64,000 bases of DNA from Octopus bimaculoides (taxonomy: Eukaryota): the NCBI RefSeq assembly GCF_001194135.2, contig NC_068981.1, positions 18,408,251 through 18,472,250 on the forward strand, written 5' to 3'. A model generated the notes under the pieces. It was given only the letters and a program-made list of their open reading frames with translations. It did no database searches and was not told where the DNA came from. Each line of letters starts with the position of its first letter. The first letter of the stretch is position 1. Shown here piece after piece: positions 13,395 to 27,005 of the stretch. Made by a program: the position numbers and the translations under genes.

Positions 13395-13775
13395 TGACTG
13401 CAGCTATGCTGGAACACCACCTTTTAGTCGAGCAAATCGACCCTAGGACTAATTCTTTGGAAGCCTAGTACTTATTCTATCAGTCTCTTTTGCCGAACCG
13501 CTAATTTACGGGGACGTAAACACACCAGCATCGGTTGTCAAACGATGCTGGGAGGGGGACAAACACAGACACACAAACATATACACACACATACATATAT
13601 ATACATATATACAACGGGCTTCTTTCAGTTTCCGTCTACCAAATCCACTTACAAGGCTTTGGTTGGCCCGAGGCTATAGTAGAAGACACTTGCCCAAGGT
13701 GCCACGCAGTGGGAATGAACCCGAACCATGTGGTTGGTAAGCAAGCTACTTACCACACAGCCACTCCTGCGCCTT
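13395..13775 (-). mobile_element. SINE family A copy
   Basis: Reverse complement of the family A consensus. An older copy lies at about 9780-10110 (-). Confidence 0.85.
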
Positions 13776-13845
13776 TTGTTTGATCTCATTTAAGACATGA
13801 CTGTCTTCAATAGTTTCTGAACAGATTGCTGGTATATTTTAATAT

Positions 13846-14360
13846 CACATGGTAAAATGCAAGGATGAAAAGTAATATTCTTAAGATTATAAACCTGGAA
13901 AAGTACAGGACAAGTTATTACACCTGTAAAAGTATAGAACAAGCTATTATTTCTAGTAAAGTAAAGAATAAGAAACTTTTTACTTAAAATATTGCAGCAA
14001 AGAATGTTAGTTCTTCTAATTGATCACTCTTTACAGTTCTCATCTTTAAATTTATTGTATAAAACTGTTAAGCTAATTTGTAAGTTTGTCTCATTAGTCA
14101 CTTTTTTCTGTATTTAAGGTAGTAAATTAGCCAAATTCTACTTAAATAAGTATTGTGTTATTTGTAAACTATAATAAAATAAGTTTTAATATTCAAATTT
14201 TAATTTTAGCTGCAATATTTTAAATATAAAGTTTCTTATTCTTTACTTTACTAGAAATAATAGCTTGTCCTATACTTTTAAAGGTATAATAACTTGTCCT
14301 GTAATTTTCCAGGTTTATAATCTTAAGAATATTACTTTCCATGCTCGTATTTTTCCATGT
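13846..14360. repeat. Long imperfect inverted repeat (arms of about 150 bp; foldback/MITE-like)
   Basis: 13846-13998 versus 14209-14360, e.g. AAAGTAATATTCTTAAGATTATAAACCTGGAAAA matches in reverse complement. Confidence 0.85.
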
Positions 14361-14979
14361 AATCCATGATTTTTCCAGGCATTGCTGTTATAAGATAATT
14401 GATAATGTGTCAATTAATAATTTAAGATTTTACCTTGTAAAATACTGAAAGATAATATTTCAATTTTTCCATGTAAATGATGATAATATTTCAATTTTTT
14501 TCGTGTTTAATATATGTTGTGATTGAATTATATGATATTACCCATCCATGCCAAATTAATGGTAGGGATTTTTACCATGTTGTTGGTTGCACCATGGCTC
14601 ACCAAAAGTTACAAACAACAAGACCTCAAAACCATCAGTTACCAGGCTCGCCTTAAGTAACCTAATTTTGCAATATTAGGAGGTCACAGGAATTCATTCA
14701 ATGAAAAAAAAAATTCCAATGATTCTGGGATTGTGGTGGGGGAAACCCCCATCTCATTTTTTCCGAACTAAAATAAAGGATATGCAGCATATTAGGAGGT
14801 CAGGGTACTTGATTCCATGCAAAAAATCAAATTTTTTTTTTTTTTTCTTAGTGAAAATCGTGTGGGTGCTAATATAGAAATTTACCATAGTGTTGTTGTT
14901 ATTTAACCTCAAATCAACTGATACTGCAAACCCATCATCAAAGACATTCCAGCCTTCAGCAAACAATCTTTTTAGGGAT

Positions 14980-15150
14980 ATGAGTGGTTGGCGTTAGGAA
15001 GGGCATCCAGCTGTAGAAACTCTGCCAAATTAGATTGGAGCCTGGTGTTGCCATCCGGTTTCACCAGTCCTCAGTCAAATCGTCCAACCCATGCTAGCAT
15101 GGAAAGCGGACGTTAAACGATAAACGATGATGATGATGATGATGATGATT
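14980..15150 (+). mobile_element. Repeat family C short copy
   Basis: GAGTGGTTGGCGTTAGGAAGGGCATCCAGCTGTAGAAACTC...GGACGTTAAAC(GAT)n. Confidence 0.8.
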
Positions 15151-16169
15151 ACATACAATGGGCGTGTGATTTAGGTAGGGGGATACTTTGGCTACTATCT
15201 TTAACATGTTGAGTGATCAGGTTGAGGCTCTTTCATTGGTTTGATTGCATGATGAGATTTTTTTACACATATATGTAATATGTGTATATATCATCTGCAG
15301 AAGTTAGCGAGTAAGTCAAAAGCTGAGAATTTCGTGTATTGGCACTTATCAAACACAAATTTGCCCATTGTCACTCAGTAACTTTTGACGAAATAACTTC
15401 TAAAATACAAAATTAAGAGTAAACCCTGTTCTATGTGACACATTCTACCAGTATCAGAAGTTTGAAAGTGTTTAGTTAGAAAAAATTAATTAAATAGTCT
15501 GTACGTCAAAGTCAACCTCGGTGAAATTTGAACTCAAAACATAAAGACAGACAAAATACTGCTAAGCATTTTGCCTGGTGTGCTAACATTTCTGCCAGCT
15601 CACCACCTTAGAATGTAAATGTTCATTTTAGAAATATATTCTTTATTCTTATTGCTTAAGAGTTACTCCCTTACTTCCTTACTTACTGACATAAAATTAT
15701 ATATATTATAATATGTATTGTAATATAATTATAATATATATATTATGATTTACCAGCAGTCCTCAATGACCTGTTGAGTTCAGAAACTATTGAAAACTGT
15801 CATGCCTTAAAGGAAATCAAACAAAAGAATGTACTACCCATCCTTAACATCTGCTGAATGAATAACAAAACAATACCAACACCACCATCCCCATATAACT
15901 ACCATTCCTTCTTCTATTTCCATCACCTTACCTCCTCCCCCCATCAGACACACAGAGAAATACCCACAGAACTCACTTGACCTTTATACTGGCAAAAATG
16001 GACAAGCATCCCTCTTTTGTAGATCAATTAATGTTATCTCTCATTGTGAGATTTAAAAATAGCAATTTTCTAACTAATGTTATATCGCCTGAAGAAATGA
16101 ATCAATTATAATGATCAACTGGTTATCCGTGGATACTACAGACTACACTGTGATCATCCCAGAAATAGG

Positions 16170-16397
16170 GACATGGCAGAAACGTTAACACACTGGGCGA
16201 AAGGCTTAGCAGTATTTCGTCTGCTGTTACGTTCTGAGTTCAAATTCCGCCGAGGTTGACTTTGCTTTTCATCCTTTCAGGGTCGATAAATTAAGTACCA
16301 GTTAGGCTCTGGGGTCGATGTAATCGACTTAATCCCTTTGTCTGTCCTTGTTTGTCCCCTCTATGTTTAGCCCCTTGTGAGCAATAAAGAAATAAGA
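16170..16397 (+). mobile_element. tRNA-headed SINE family B
   Basis: TGGCAGAAACGTTA...GTTCTGAGTTCAAATTCCGCCGAGG.CGACTTTGC.TTTCATCCTTTC.GGGTCGATAAATTAAGTACC, tail (AAGAAAT)n. Near-duplicated flank AAATAG.GACATG. Confidence 0.85.
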
Positions 16398-17312
16398 AAT
16401 AGAGACATGTGATCTGTGGAAATGCATGTACTACATCCCTGTTCTGTTGTACCTTAATTGAGGGTGGGTGGCTGGGGGTCTTATCTTGTCAGTTCCAGGT
16501 TTCCATGAATAAAGGACCTAATGCACTCTGTAAAGGGCCTTGGCTGCAGAAACCCTGCTGAAGCAAACATTGGACCTTGGTGCTGTCTTTTGGATTGTTA
16601 AAACCAGATTCACCATACATCTCATGTTAATATGGAAGATGGAGATTAAATGACAACGACGATGATGATGACGACAATGATGGTGATGATGATGATGATG
16701 ATGATGATGATGTTGACATATAATATATATAAAAAATTCTTAGTTTTACATTAATGAAATCTGAGTAACCAGTACATATAACTGTTAAATGTCAATTAAG
16801 CATTGTTCCTTAGTGATTATACATTATGACTTCAAGTTTCATATTACAGAATGATTATCCAAATATTTATGTGGTGAGAAAATAATATCCACATCAAGAA
16901 ATACCTTGCTTTGCAATTAATTACACTTACATGCAATGTCTGCTTTGGCAGGGATTATACAGCAGGATGCCTTTTCTGATGTCAACCACTTTACAGGGTC
17001 TTGTGGGTGCTTTATTCATGGCTCTGTGGCACCGAGTAACTCTGAAGATAAGACTCAACCCTCAATTTAGTAGGGATGTAATAACGAAGGAGGGAAGTGG
17101 CTTTATGGCAAATGCTGAGTGTTTAAAGCATGATAGAGGGACAGGAACACGTATGCAGACGTACATACATACATCCATACATATGCATGTGTGTGTGTGA
17201 CCTGTCCGTGTTTTCTTTGTATCGTCTATCTGGATGTTTTGTCCCTTTCTTGTATCACCTAACTGTCTGGATGTTTTGCGTCCTTGTCCCATTCTGTATT
17301 ATTTATACATAC

Positions 17313-17343
<31 letters not shown>

Positions 17344-17939
17344 NNNNNNNNNNNNNNNNNNNNNNNNNNNNNNNNNNNNNNNNNNNNNNNNNNNNNNNNN
17401 NNNNNNNNNNNNNNNNNNNNNNNNNNNNNNNNNNNNNNNNNNNNNNNNNNNNNNNNNNNNNNNNNNNNNNNNNNNNNNNNNNNNNNNNNNNNNNNNNNNN
17501 NNNNNNNNNNNNNNNNNNNNNNNNNNNNNNNNNNNNNNNNNNNNNNNNNNNNNNNNNNNNNNNNNNNNNNNNNNNNNNNNNNNNNNNNNNNNNNNNNNNN
17601 NNNNNNNNNNNNNNNNNNNNNNNNNNNNNNNNNNNNNNNNNNNNNNNNNNNNNNNNNNNNNNNNNNNNNNNNNNNNNNNNNNNNNNNNNNNNNNNNNNNN
17701 NNNNNNNNNNNNNNNNNNNNNNNNNNNNNNNNNNNNNATATATATATATATATATGTATGTATGTATGTATGTATATCATCACTACCACTCTCATCAGCA
17801 AATCACTTTACCACTAGTATTCTTTTCATCATTATCATTTGTTTTACCTTCCTTTCCACCATCATCATTATCATCATCGTCGTTGTCATCGTCATCATTA
17901 TTGTCTTTATATTCATCTCTTCCTATTGATTCATTTCAG

Positions 17940-18027
17940 AAAACACCAGAAGAAGACTATGGACAGGTGGCCCTTAAAGCTGGTTACATATCGGAAACTC
18001 ATGGCTATGTCACTATATACGTGAAAG
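17940..18027 (+). CDS. BAIAP3: BAIAP3/Munc13-4-like gene, coding exon (start of C2B domain): KTPEEDYGQVALKAGYISETHGYVTIYVK
   Basis: Acceptor tcatttcag|AAA, donor AAAG|gtcagt. Phase-1 end joins the next exon to give GTA (Val). The peptide fits the YGQLTV..Y......L.VEV entry into C2B of the Munc13-4/BAIAP3 family. The symbol is a family-level assignment (BAIAP3 versus UNC13D not resolved). Confidence 0.8.
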
Positions 18028-18227
18028 GTCAGTGTATCACTGTTGTTGTTGCTGCATGATATTGATACTGTGAACCTTTACTGTTTAATGTGAGCTAATT
18101 TGAACTGGTTTAAATTTTTGAGGTATTTCTACTATTTAGATCAGTACTCCTAAATATGAGCTGTACTTCCCCTCTCTGGGGCAGTGGAAAATTTTATATG
18201 GGTACTGAGGACAAAGGAAGTGATCAT

Positions 18228-18560
18228 CATCATCATTTAACATCTGCTCTCCATGCTAGCATGGGCTGGACGGTTTGATTGGGGACTGGCGAACCAGATG
18301 GCTATACTAGACTCCAATCTGATCTGGCAATGTTTCTACAGCTGGATGCCCTTCTTAACGCCAACCACTCTGAGAGTGTAGTGGGTGCTCTTTATGTGCC
18401 ACCGGCACGAGGGCCAGTCCGGCGGTACTGGCAACGGCCACCACGCTCAAATGGTGTTTGTTACGTGCTACCTCCACAGGAGTCAGTCCAATGTTTTGTT
18501 CACATGCCACCAGCACAAGTGCCAGTAAGGCAAAGTTGGAAAGAATCGCGCTCAAATGGT
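18228..18560 (-). mobile_element. Repeat family C copy
   Basis: Same diagnostic blocks as the other copies. A shorter copy lies at about 10480-10630 (-). Confidence 0.8.
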
Positions 18561-19700
18561 GATAATTGCGTCTGTATAATTTTTGTAGTCTTTGTCGTCT
18601 ATCAAAATATTGACAGTTAATAATTTTAATGTAATATTATGATGAACTACTTGTTAACTCAAAAAATACAATTATCAGCAATAATAATAGACTTTGAAAT
18701 GCAAATAATTAAATAAACAAAAGCAAATACATACCACTTAAGTATCTAAATTATGGACAATAAACTAAAGTATAATTTAAAAGAGAGTGTCGGAATTTGT
18801 GTCTCCATATATGTAATAAAGACAGCCACTGCACCTGTAGCATTAGCAGTATGTATATACAAATGTATGTATATTGATGCTGTTGATTCTAGCTTTGAGT
18901 GTCATTTTTGATTGCATAGTTTGTCCATATGTATAAAGAGATAAGTGTAAAGTTGCAAATGAACAGAGGAATCAGTATGTGAGTGTGTGAATGTTTCAAA
19001 ATTACAGCTACACATCAAAATACAAAAATAAATTTTAGCTGGTAGCTATGGGGGTATATCTGAAGCACAAAAAATATGTAAATGTGTTTAGCTGAAGCCA
19101 TGTGCTAAAGTCTCGAGTCAATAACTAAGATTAAGCATTGATGTGTCAAATATTTGCTTATGGTAGGGTGATGCTGTGGTAAGTAGCCACCCGTGTCAAG
19201 CTAATACCCAGAACTAAATTAACTGATATTACATGTATGTACATTAAAAAATGGGGTGGGATGGGTATGGGGGTGGAGGTGGGGTGTGTTTAAATCTTAG
19301 TGGTGGGAGCATCGAAAAATATTACTTAAAGAAAAGAGGTGATAGTTTAGAAGATTTTGAGAAGCACTGATTATAACCAACAGCAGTTTGGTGTTGTATC
19401 TCACTCAAAAGCTCCCACATGGTCACTCAGCTTGCTAGAAATAGAAGCCAAATTTTCCTCAGATTTCATGCTTCATTCTTAAAGCGGATGATATGGTTAT
19501 GGAAGGTATCCTTGTATCGTAGCTCTACACAGTCATGGGTGACTGGGGACCTGAAGCAAAACAACACCAGCAACCAATAGGTTACTTTTACAATATCTTA
19601 GGGTTTCATAGCTTATGTCATAATACTGCTGTATTACTATTGCTTGTGTTATATGTAACTGTTAGTACAATTCTCTCTGTAACAACATAGGAATAAGCAA

Positions 19701-19739
19701 TCTCTGAAGAAGCTTTAGCAACAACTGAAACTAGTCAGG
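19701..19739 (+). ncRNA. Minimal type-I hammerhead ribozyme (intronic, sense strand)
   Basis: tct-CTGAAGA-ag(ctttagcaacaa)ct-GAAA-cta-GTC-agg. Intact core, palindromic stem III (actagt), GUC site at 19734-19736, 3-bp stem I. Confidence 0.6.
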
Positions 19740-19830
19740 AGGAATTTTTTATTCTGTTTCCTCCCAACACATGAATATACACTCACACACATACATGCAT
19801 GCACACATACTAGCACACGCATGCATGCGT

Positions 19831-19884
<54 letters not shown>

Positions 19885-21164
19885 CGATTGTGGTTTCGCT
19901 ATTAAGTTTCTATTTTCACAGCAAAGATAAATTTGTGATTACAACCCATCATTATAAATTGCTTCTTTTAATTAAATGATCAATTAATTTAGATTACCAT
20001 CTCTTGTACTTATATGCAAATTAGACAAACCAATTTAATTCTGTCCAAGTGTGCATATATCATAAATAGCCATAAGCCACTACTCTATCTGTGACTGAGA
20101 ATGAGTAATGAAATTTTGTCGAATCCTTAAAGCGCTGAAACTAGTCAGTTCAATACCCACTTTTTAAAAAATTCTTTTGACTGCAGAAAGAACAACCTGT
20201 GGTAATTTGCTTTTTCACAGTAAGGATAAATGTGTTTATTGTACCCAGATCAAAGTTAAAAGAAAAAAAAAAGACCATACTTTTAAGTTTCCTTATATTT
20301 TTTGTCATTCTACCACTATGTCATGCTTCTTTTAATATATATGTATGTACATCTATCTATCTATACAGTTATATTCATACAACAGGCCTCTTATATATAT
20401 ATATATATNNNNNNNNNNNNNNNNNNNNNNNNNNNNNNNNNNNNNNNNNNNNNNNNNNNNNNNNNNNNNNNNNNNNNNNNNNNNNNNNNNNNNNNNNNNN
20501 NNNNNNNNNNNNNNNNNNNNNNNNNNNNNNNNNNNNNNNNNNNNNNNNNNNNNNNNNNNNNNNNNNNNNNNNNNNNNNNNNNNNNNNNNNNNNNNNNNNN
20601 NNNNNNNNNNNNNNNNNNNNNNNNNNNNNNNNNNNNNNNNNNNNNNNNNNNNNNNNNNNNNNNNNNNNNNNTGTGTGTATGTGTGTATGTGTGTGCATGT
20701 GTGTGACATTTCCTACTGAAACTATTTCAGTCACCACCTCCAGTGATTGTTCCTTAGATATTTTGCGTGTCTCCAATTTGAAATCGAAAAAAAAAAAAAA
20801 AAATAAGCATAAATAATATTAATATTTTCAGTTCTGGAAAATAAAATTGGATTCCTTTGTTAGTTATTTGTAAAAAAACAAAAAACAAACAACAAAACAA
20901 AAACAAAACGAAACAAAACAAAAATGAAAACAAAATAATCAAAAACTTTGGAGATGAAACCTTTAGAAATGGATTGTTTAATTTGAAAACTGAAGTCAAT
21001 TTCCTTACCTTAACACTTCCCACCTGTTTCGTTTTTGCTTATATTACTTCATAAAATCTGACTTTGATAATATTCTACATTTGTTCCCTTTGACAATTTT
21101 TCAACAAAAACTGCAAATAATCTTACTTTTTTTTTGTACACTATTAGTTTAAAAAGAGTATTTC

Positions 21165-21575
21165 TGTGAAGAGTGGTGTTAATATACGTTTTTTTCAATG
21201 TTTTGGTCTAGACAAAAGGATTGTATGCATGATCTTCAGAGGTCCTTTAAGACAGGTGAAATTAATGTCTATAGTGTTTTTCTTGAGCAGCAGCTGCAAG
21301 TTGATGAGTGCAGGGGCAAAAAACGAGCTGGAAGAGAATTTCAGAGGGTCAACGTTCTAAAGTTGGAGGGAAAGAATAAAGTGGTTAGTGTGAGTGATAG
21401 ACGGTAGGTGGGTAGGTGTTATGGAGGTGAATGTAAGAGTGATGAGAGATGAAAGAGGAGAGAGTTGAGCTTGCCTGAGTGGAGGTGGAGAGGAAGAAAC
21501 GGAGAAATGAGTTCAACACGAGTGAGTGGAGATGGTATGAGACCATCGAGTTCAGCTTCTCAGAAGTTACTATTA
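21165..21575 (-). mobile_element. Old LINE (CR1/L2-like) 3' ORF fragment
   Basis: Minus-strand remnants resembling LINE C-terminal ...THTNHF..S.......S.F sequence. A similar decayed tract lies at about 8300-8770. Confidence 0.35.
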
Positions 21576-22773
21576 TTTGCAGTAGAAATGGTAGAATGAG
21601 GGGACGGAGGTTGGGGTGATTTGGTGAGTGATTTCATACTGGTCAATCAGGTGGCCTTTTGATGGTGGTGGTGGTGGTGGCGGTGGCAGTAGTCGTGGTG
21701 GTGATGGTAGTGGTGGGGATGTGGTTGAGGATGCATGTTTGCATGTGACCCTTAGTGGGCATGTGTGTGTATGAGTGTGTGGGTGTGTGTGAATGCATGT
21801 GTTTGTGTGTGTGTGTGTGTGTGTATGAGTGTGTGGGTGTATGTGAGTGCATGCATTTGTGTGTGGGTGTGTGTGAGTGCATGCATTTGTGTGTGTGTGT
21901 GTGTGTATGAGTGTGTGGGTGTATGTGAGTGCATGCATTTGTGTGTATGTGTGAGTGTGTGTTGGGTTGTGTGAGTGCATGCATTTGTGTGTGTGTGTAT
22001 GAGTGTGTGAGTGTGTTTGTGAGTGCATGTGTTTGTGTGTGCATGCGTGTATGTGTGTGTGTGTGTGTGTATGAGCAATGAAGGTGCATAGCTTGATGGC
22101 TAAGAGTGTTCAGTTCAACATCATAAGGTCGTGAGTTCAATATCTCGCGGCGCATCATGTCCTTGATCAAGACACATTATTTCATATTGCTCCAGTCCAC
22201 TCAGCTTGCAAGAATGAGTTGTACCTGTAATTCAAAAGGGGCCAGCCTTGTCACATTCTATGTCACACTGCATCTCCCCGAGAACTATGTTAAGGGTATG
22301 TGTGTCTGTGGAGTGCTCAGCCACTTGCACATTAATTTCATGAGCAGGCTGTTCTGTTGACTGGATCAGCTAAAACATCCAGTGTCATAACCGAGTGCCA
22401 GTGTGTGTGTGTGTGTATATGTGTGTGTGTATGTGTGTGTGTGTGTATATGTGTGTGTATATGTGTGTGTGTGTCTGGGTGTGAAAGAGACAGTGAGTTT
22501 GCTGTTGCAATTAAATAGGCCTTGTTTCACAGATTAAAATCTAGAAACAGAGGAAGATGTAAATGGCTGCATTAGCTATAACAAGGTCCATGAAAACTCA
22601 TCAGGGAATTCACTAAGTTCAGTGGCTGTGAAGAGAGAAGAATCTAATGTTTCAAATATTGACCTTCATCCTTAAACAAAACCCACCAATGATCATGTTA
22701 ATAATCGAATGAATATTCACCATTCCATATTTAATAATTGTCTTGCTATTTCCTGTTCTGTTTCTGTTAACAG

Positions 22774-22936
22774 TAATCAATGCTAAGGATCTTCCAGGCT
22801 TGGATACCACAGGACTTAGTGATCCATATGTTGTAATCACTCTACAGCCTCGAATATTATTCCAAAATCTCAGATCACAGAAGACGAAGATTATTACCAA
22901 AACTTTGAACCCCGTTTTCAACTCCTCTTTCCAATT
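22774..22936 (+). CDS. BAIAP3: BAIAP3/Munc13-4-like gene, C2B exon: VINAKDLPGLDTTGLSDPYVVITLQPRILFQNLRSQKTKIITKTLNPVFNSSFQ
   Basis: Acceptor tttctgttaacag|TA, donor CAATT|gtaagt. Classic C2 motifs DL..LD..GLSDPYV and QKTKII.KTLNPVFN. Phases match both neighbours. Confidence 0.93.
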
Positions 22937-24706
22937 GTAAGTGAAATTTCATTCCTGTCAGATATCTGTTTATATTTTCTTTGATTCTACATTATTCCCT
23001 TAGGGAACAACATGGAATTGAAGACAAACTTAGTGGTGCAAAAATAAAGGGTTATATATTACTGTGAAACATAGTCATGTATCACACAATATTGCGATTA
23101 TTGTGACAAAAGTGTCAATTAAGAGACATTCCATTTCCATTTGGTTATTAGTTGCAGGATATCAATATTCTTTCACCTGTCATTTGATTCTGCAAACAGG
23201 ATCAGTTTATATATAGAGAGATGTAATTTTTTTCGTTCAATACTATATGTACGTGTGTGTGTATGAATGTATGTATATATGTTTGTATGTATGAATGTAT
23301 GTATATATGCATGTATGTATGTATGTATGTATGTGTGTGCGTATGTGTGTTTATGCATGTATGTATGTATTTATATATTTACATATTTATGCATACATAC
23401 ATTATATACATGCACACACACATACATACAGACATATATATATATTTAGAGAAATATATAAATATATATATATATAATTTTATGTTTATATGAGCATATA
23501 TATCAATTTATACCAGCATACACACACTCATACATACACACATATAAATATACATACATATATATATATATATACACAAGCTAACACCTACATATATATA
23601 TATATANNNNNNNNNNNNNNNNNNNNNNNNNNNNNNNNNNNNNNNNNNNNNNNNNNNNNNNNNNNNNNNNNNNNNNNNNNNNNNNNATATGCATATGTAT
23701 ATGCATATATGTATACATAAATACATTATATTATTATTTATAATACATTATGTCATTATTGTTTGTGTGTTCTTTGAAACATTGTACTGTTTATTTTGGA
23801 AGAATATTTGAAAGAGCAGACATGCTAAGTACCAAATAAACATTATTTTTCTCTTTTAGCATATTGGAGAAAAAAAAAAAAAGATATGAAAAATATACAA
23901 GACCAAGATTACATCTTCAATTCTAGATACATCTACCTATTCTTTGAAAGAGTTGGGGTGGGGAATCTCAGTAATATAGTTTCTGTTTATCAGAGGAATA
24001 TTTATACATTTTAAGCAGAATGATTCTAAACACATAATCTACCTCATGTCACTCATATTAAACACATGTTAAATTCCACCTAATACTCACACTAAACACA
24101 TACTGTGCAAAATGGTAGAGCAACCATATTAAGCACATATGTTAGTATGTGCCAGATACTAGCATGCATTCTGGTATCAGCGACATATTTTTACTAATTG
24201 ACATCTACTTAAGCATATGGTTTGCTACCTGCTAGTTGCTTCAATCAAGGGCCTCAGTTATGGGTCATATTGTAAATAAAGGTCCTTTGGCTTAGGGCAT
24301 ATATGAAATAAAATAGGGCTTGGCCCCAAGACATATGTCATACCAGCTCAGTGATGTGTAGACATGATCTGATGTCATATGAGTTGTTCCCTCTGTTTAA
24401 GGATTAAATAACCCCCTCAGAGATAAGCTTGGGAGAGTAAACTACAAGTGTAGTAGCAGGTAGAATTCTTAGCATGTCAGACAAAATGCTTAGGAGCATT
24501 TCTTCTGGGGTTTTTTATGTCCTGGGTTCAAATCTCATAGAGGTTAATTTTTTCTTTCACCCTTTCAGGGTCAAATATTGTAAAGTACCAGTCAAATACA
24601 AGGACTGATGCAATTGACTTCTGTCTTCCCCTTAAAATTGCTGGCCTTGAATTCTGCAAAAAACAGGCATCCTGTTGAAGGGGAATGCCATGATCTTGAT
24701 CATTTA

Positions 24707-24922
24707 TGAGGGGGTACTGAAAAGTTCCTGGCTTTGAGTAAAAGAAAATACCAGACGATCAGTTAATTATGATTTTATTCAACGTATTCCTCTCCCAGAT
24801 TCTACACTTACTGTAGTAGTCCTTCAGATTTTTTAAGCCTTGTAAAAGAGATCGGAAGGTCGAGCCTCCAAGCAGGTCTTTTGTGACACCCTTAAAGCGA
24901 GGAATTTTTCAGCACCCCATTG
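24707..24922. mobile_element. Mariner/Tc1-type MITE
   Basis: TA-TGAGGGGGTACTGAAAAGTTCC ... GGAATTTTTCAGCACCCCATTG-TA: imperfect TIRs of about 22 bp with TA TSD. A truncated second copy lies at 57639-57716. Confidence 0.75.
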
Positions 24923-24999
24923 TACATGTCATGAAAACCAGGTACCTAGACTTACGAGCCCTAGGGTTCAAGAAAAAAATAAAAGCAAAAATTGCTAAC

Positions 25000-25600
25000 A
25001 GGAGTGGCTGTATGGTAAGTAGCTTGCTTACCAACCACATGGTTCCGGGTTCAGTCCCACTGCATGGCACCTTGGGCAAGTGTCTTCTACTATAGCCTCG
25101 GGCCGACCAAAGCCTTGTGAGTGGATTTGGTAGACGGAAACTGAAAGAAGCCTGTCGTATATATATGTATATATACATATATATANNNNNNNNNNNNNNN
25201 NNNNNNNNNNNNNNNNNNNNNNNNNNNNNNNNNNNNNNNNNNNNNNNNNNNNNNNNNNNNNNNNNNNNNNNNNNNNNNNNNNNNNNNNNNNNNNNNNNNN
25301 NNNNNNNNNNNNNNNNNNNNNNNNNNNNNNNNNNNNNNNNNNNNNNNNNNNNNNNNNNNNNNNNNNNNNNNNNNNNNNNNNNNNNNNNNNNNNNNNNNNN
25401 NNNNNNNNNNNNNNNNNNNNNNNNNNNNNNNNNNNNNNNNNNNNNNNNNNNNNNNNNNNNNTGTAACTTAGCGGTTCGGCAAAAGAGACCGATAGATTAA
25501 GTACTAGGCTTACAAAGAATAAGTCCTGGGGTCGATTTGCTCGACTAAAGGCGGTGCTCCAGCATGGCCACAGTCAAATGACTGAAACAAATAAAAGAGA
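25000..25600 (+). mobile_element. SINE family A copy (microsatellite core in gap)
   Basis: Head at about 25000 and tail at about 25590 flank an N run. Confidence 0.85.
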
Positions 25601-26199
25601 AGGTACTGAGAAACCATGACTGAAACTTTCCCTACAAAATCATGAATCTCCAGACATTAGTATGGAAGTCCATAATCACCAACACTTGTAAAAATTCTAT
25701 ATAAAGAGAGAGAGCGAGAGGTAGAGAGGAAAAGAGAGGGAAAGAAAGGGTGAGAGAAAGTGAGAGGAGAGAGATAGAGAGTGATCCGTAAGAAGCATTA
25801 CTGTACAATTACACGTTCATTCTAATTACTGGATGGTAATTAACCACGTTATATTAGATAGAGTACTGAGTGCAATTTAAATTATTCAGCTGATATCCGT
25901 TATTTTTTTTTAGAATCTGACTAAAAGACTTGTTGAATAATAGCTTACATCTGGTACATAATTCTGTATATCTTTCGATGAACATGCACACATGTGCATG
26001 CATGTACACACATATACATGCACATTTGTTCACACAATTTTATACACATACACATGAAAGAGATATGGCAAATTGGTATTTCTGTGTATGTAAAGTCTCA
26101 CAAGAAAAAAAGATAAGAAAAGATTAGCTAAAACTATGATAGAGTGAAACTATGCAAACTGAATAACAGGTAAGTTGAGGGAAAACTACATCCATTTGC

Positions 26200-27005
26200 C
26201 CATTCATCATCATCATCGTTTAACGTCTGCTTTCCATGCTGGCATGGGTTGGACAATTTGACTGAGGATTGGCGAACTAGACAGCTGCACCAGGCTCCAA
26301 TCTGATCTGGCAAAGTTTCTACAGCTGGATGCCCTTCCTAACATCAACCACTCCGAGAGTGTAGTGGGTGCTTTTACATGCCACCGGCATCGGTGCCATT
26401 TGTGTGACACCATTATTTGCTATGACTGCGATTTTTCTCAGCTTCATAGGATCTCTTCTCAAGCATGACATATAATCATTGCCTCCATTAGGCCCAATGC
26501 TCACAAGGAGCTCAATAAATATATATTATGGAAGTGAGACCGCTGCTCTGGCAGTGCTCCTGCTCAGATGGTGCAGTGGAGTGCTAACAGCACCATCCGA
26601 GCAGGATCACTGCCAGAGCAGTGGTCTTGCTTCCGTGCTGGTGGCACATAAAAAGCACCATTTGAGCATGATCGTTTCCATCTTTGCCTTACTGGCACCC
26701 ATGCTGGTGGCATGTGAACAAAACATTGGACTGATTCCTGTGCCGGTGGCATGTAAAAAAACACCATTTGAGTGTGGCTGTTGCCAGTACCGTCGGACTG
26801 GCCCTTGTGCTGGTGGCATGTAAAAAGCACCCACTACACTCTCGGAGTGGTTGGCGTTAGGAAGGGAATCTAGCTGTAGAAACTCTGCCAGATCAGATTG
26901 GAGTCTGGTGTAGCCATCTGGTTCATCAGTCCTCAATCAAATCGTCCAACCCATGCTAGTATGGAAAGCAGACGTTAAATGATAATGATGATGATGATGA
27001 TGTGT
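26200..27005. mobile_element. Two oppositely oriented family C copies (about 26200-26400 minus; about 26530-27005 plus)
   Basis: Both carry the tail and CATCCAGCTGTAGAAAC block, forming an inverted repeat with arms of about 180 bp. Confidence 0.8.

Noticed and set aside
17947-18012. CAGAAGA...GAAAC...GTC inside the first C2B exon, superficially hammerhead-like
   Set aside because: Core is wrong (CAG rather than CUG), no stem I, and the sequence is explained as coding.
20090-20142. CTGAAACTAGTCAG matching the 19.7-kb ribozyme's 3' half
   Set aside because: No CUGANGA core upstream; at best a dead relic, so not counted.
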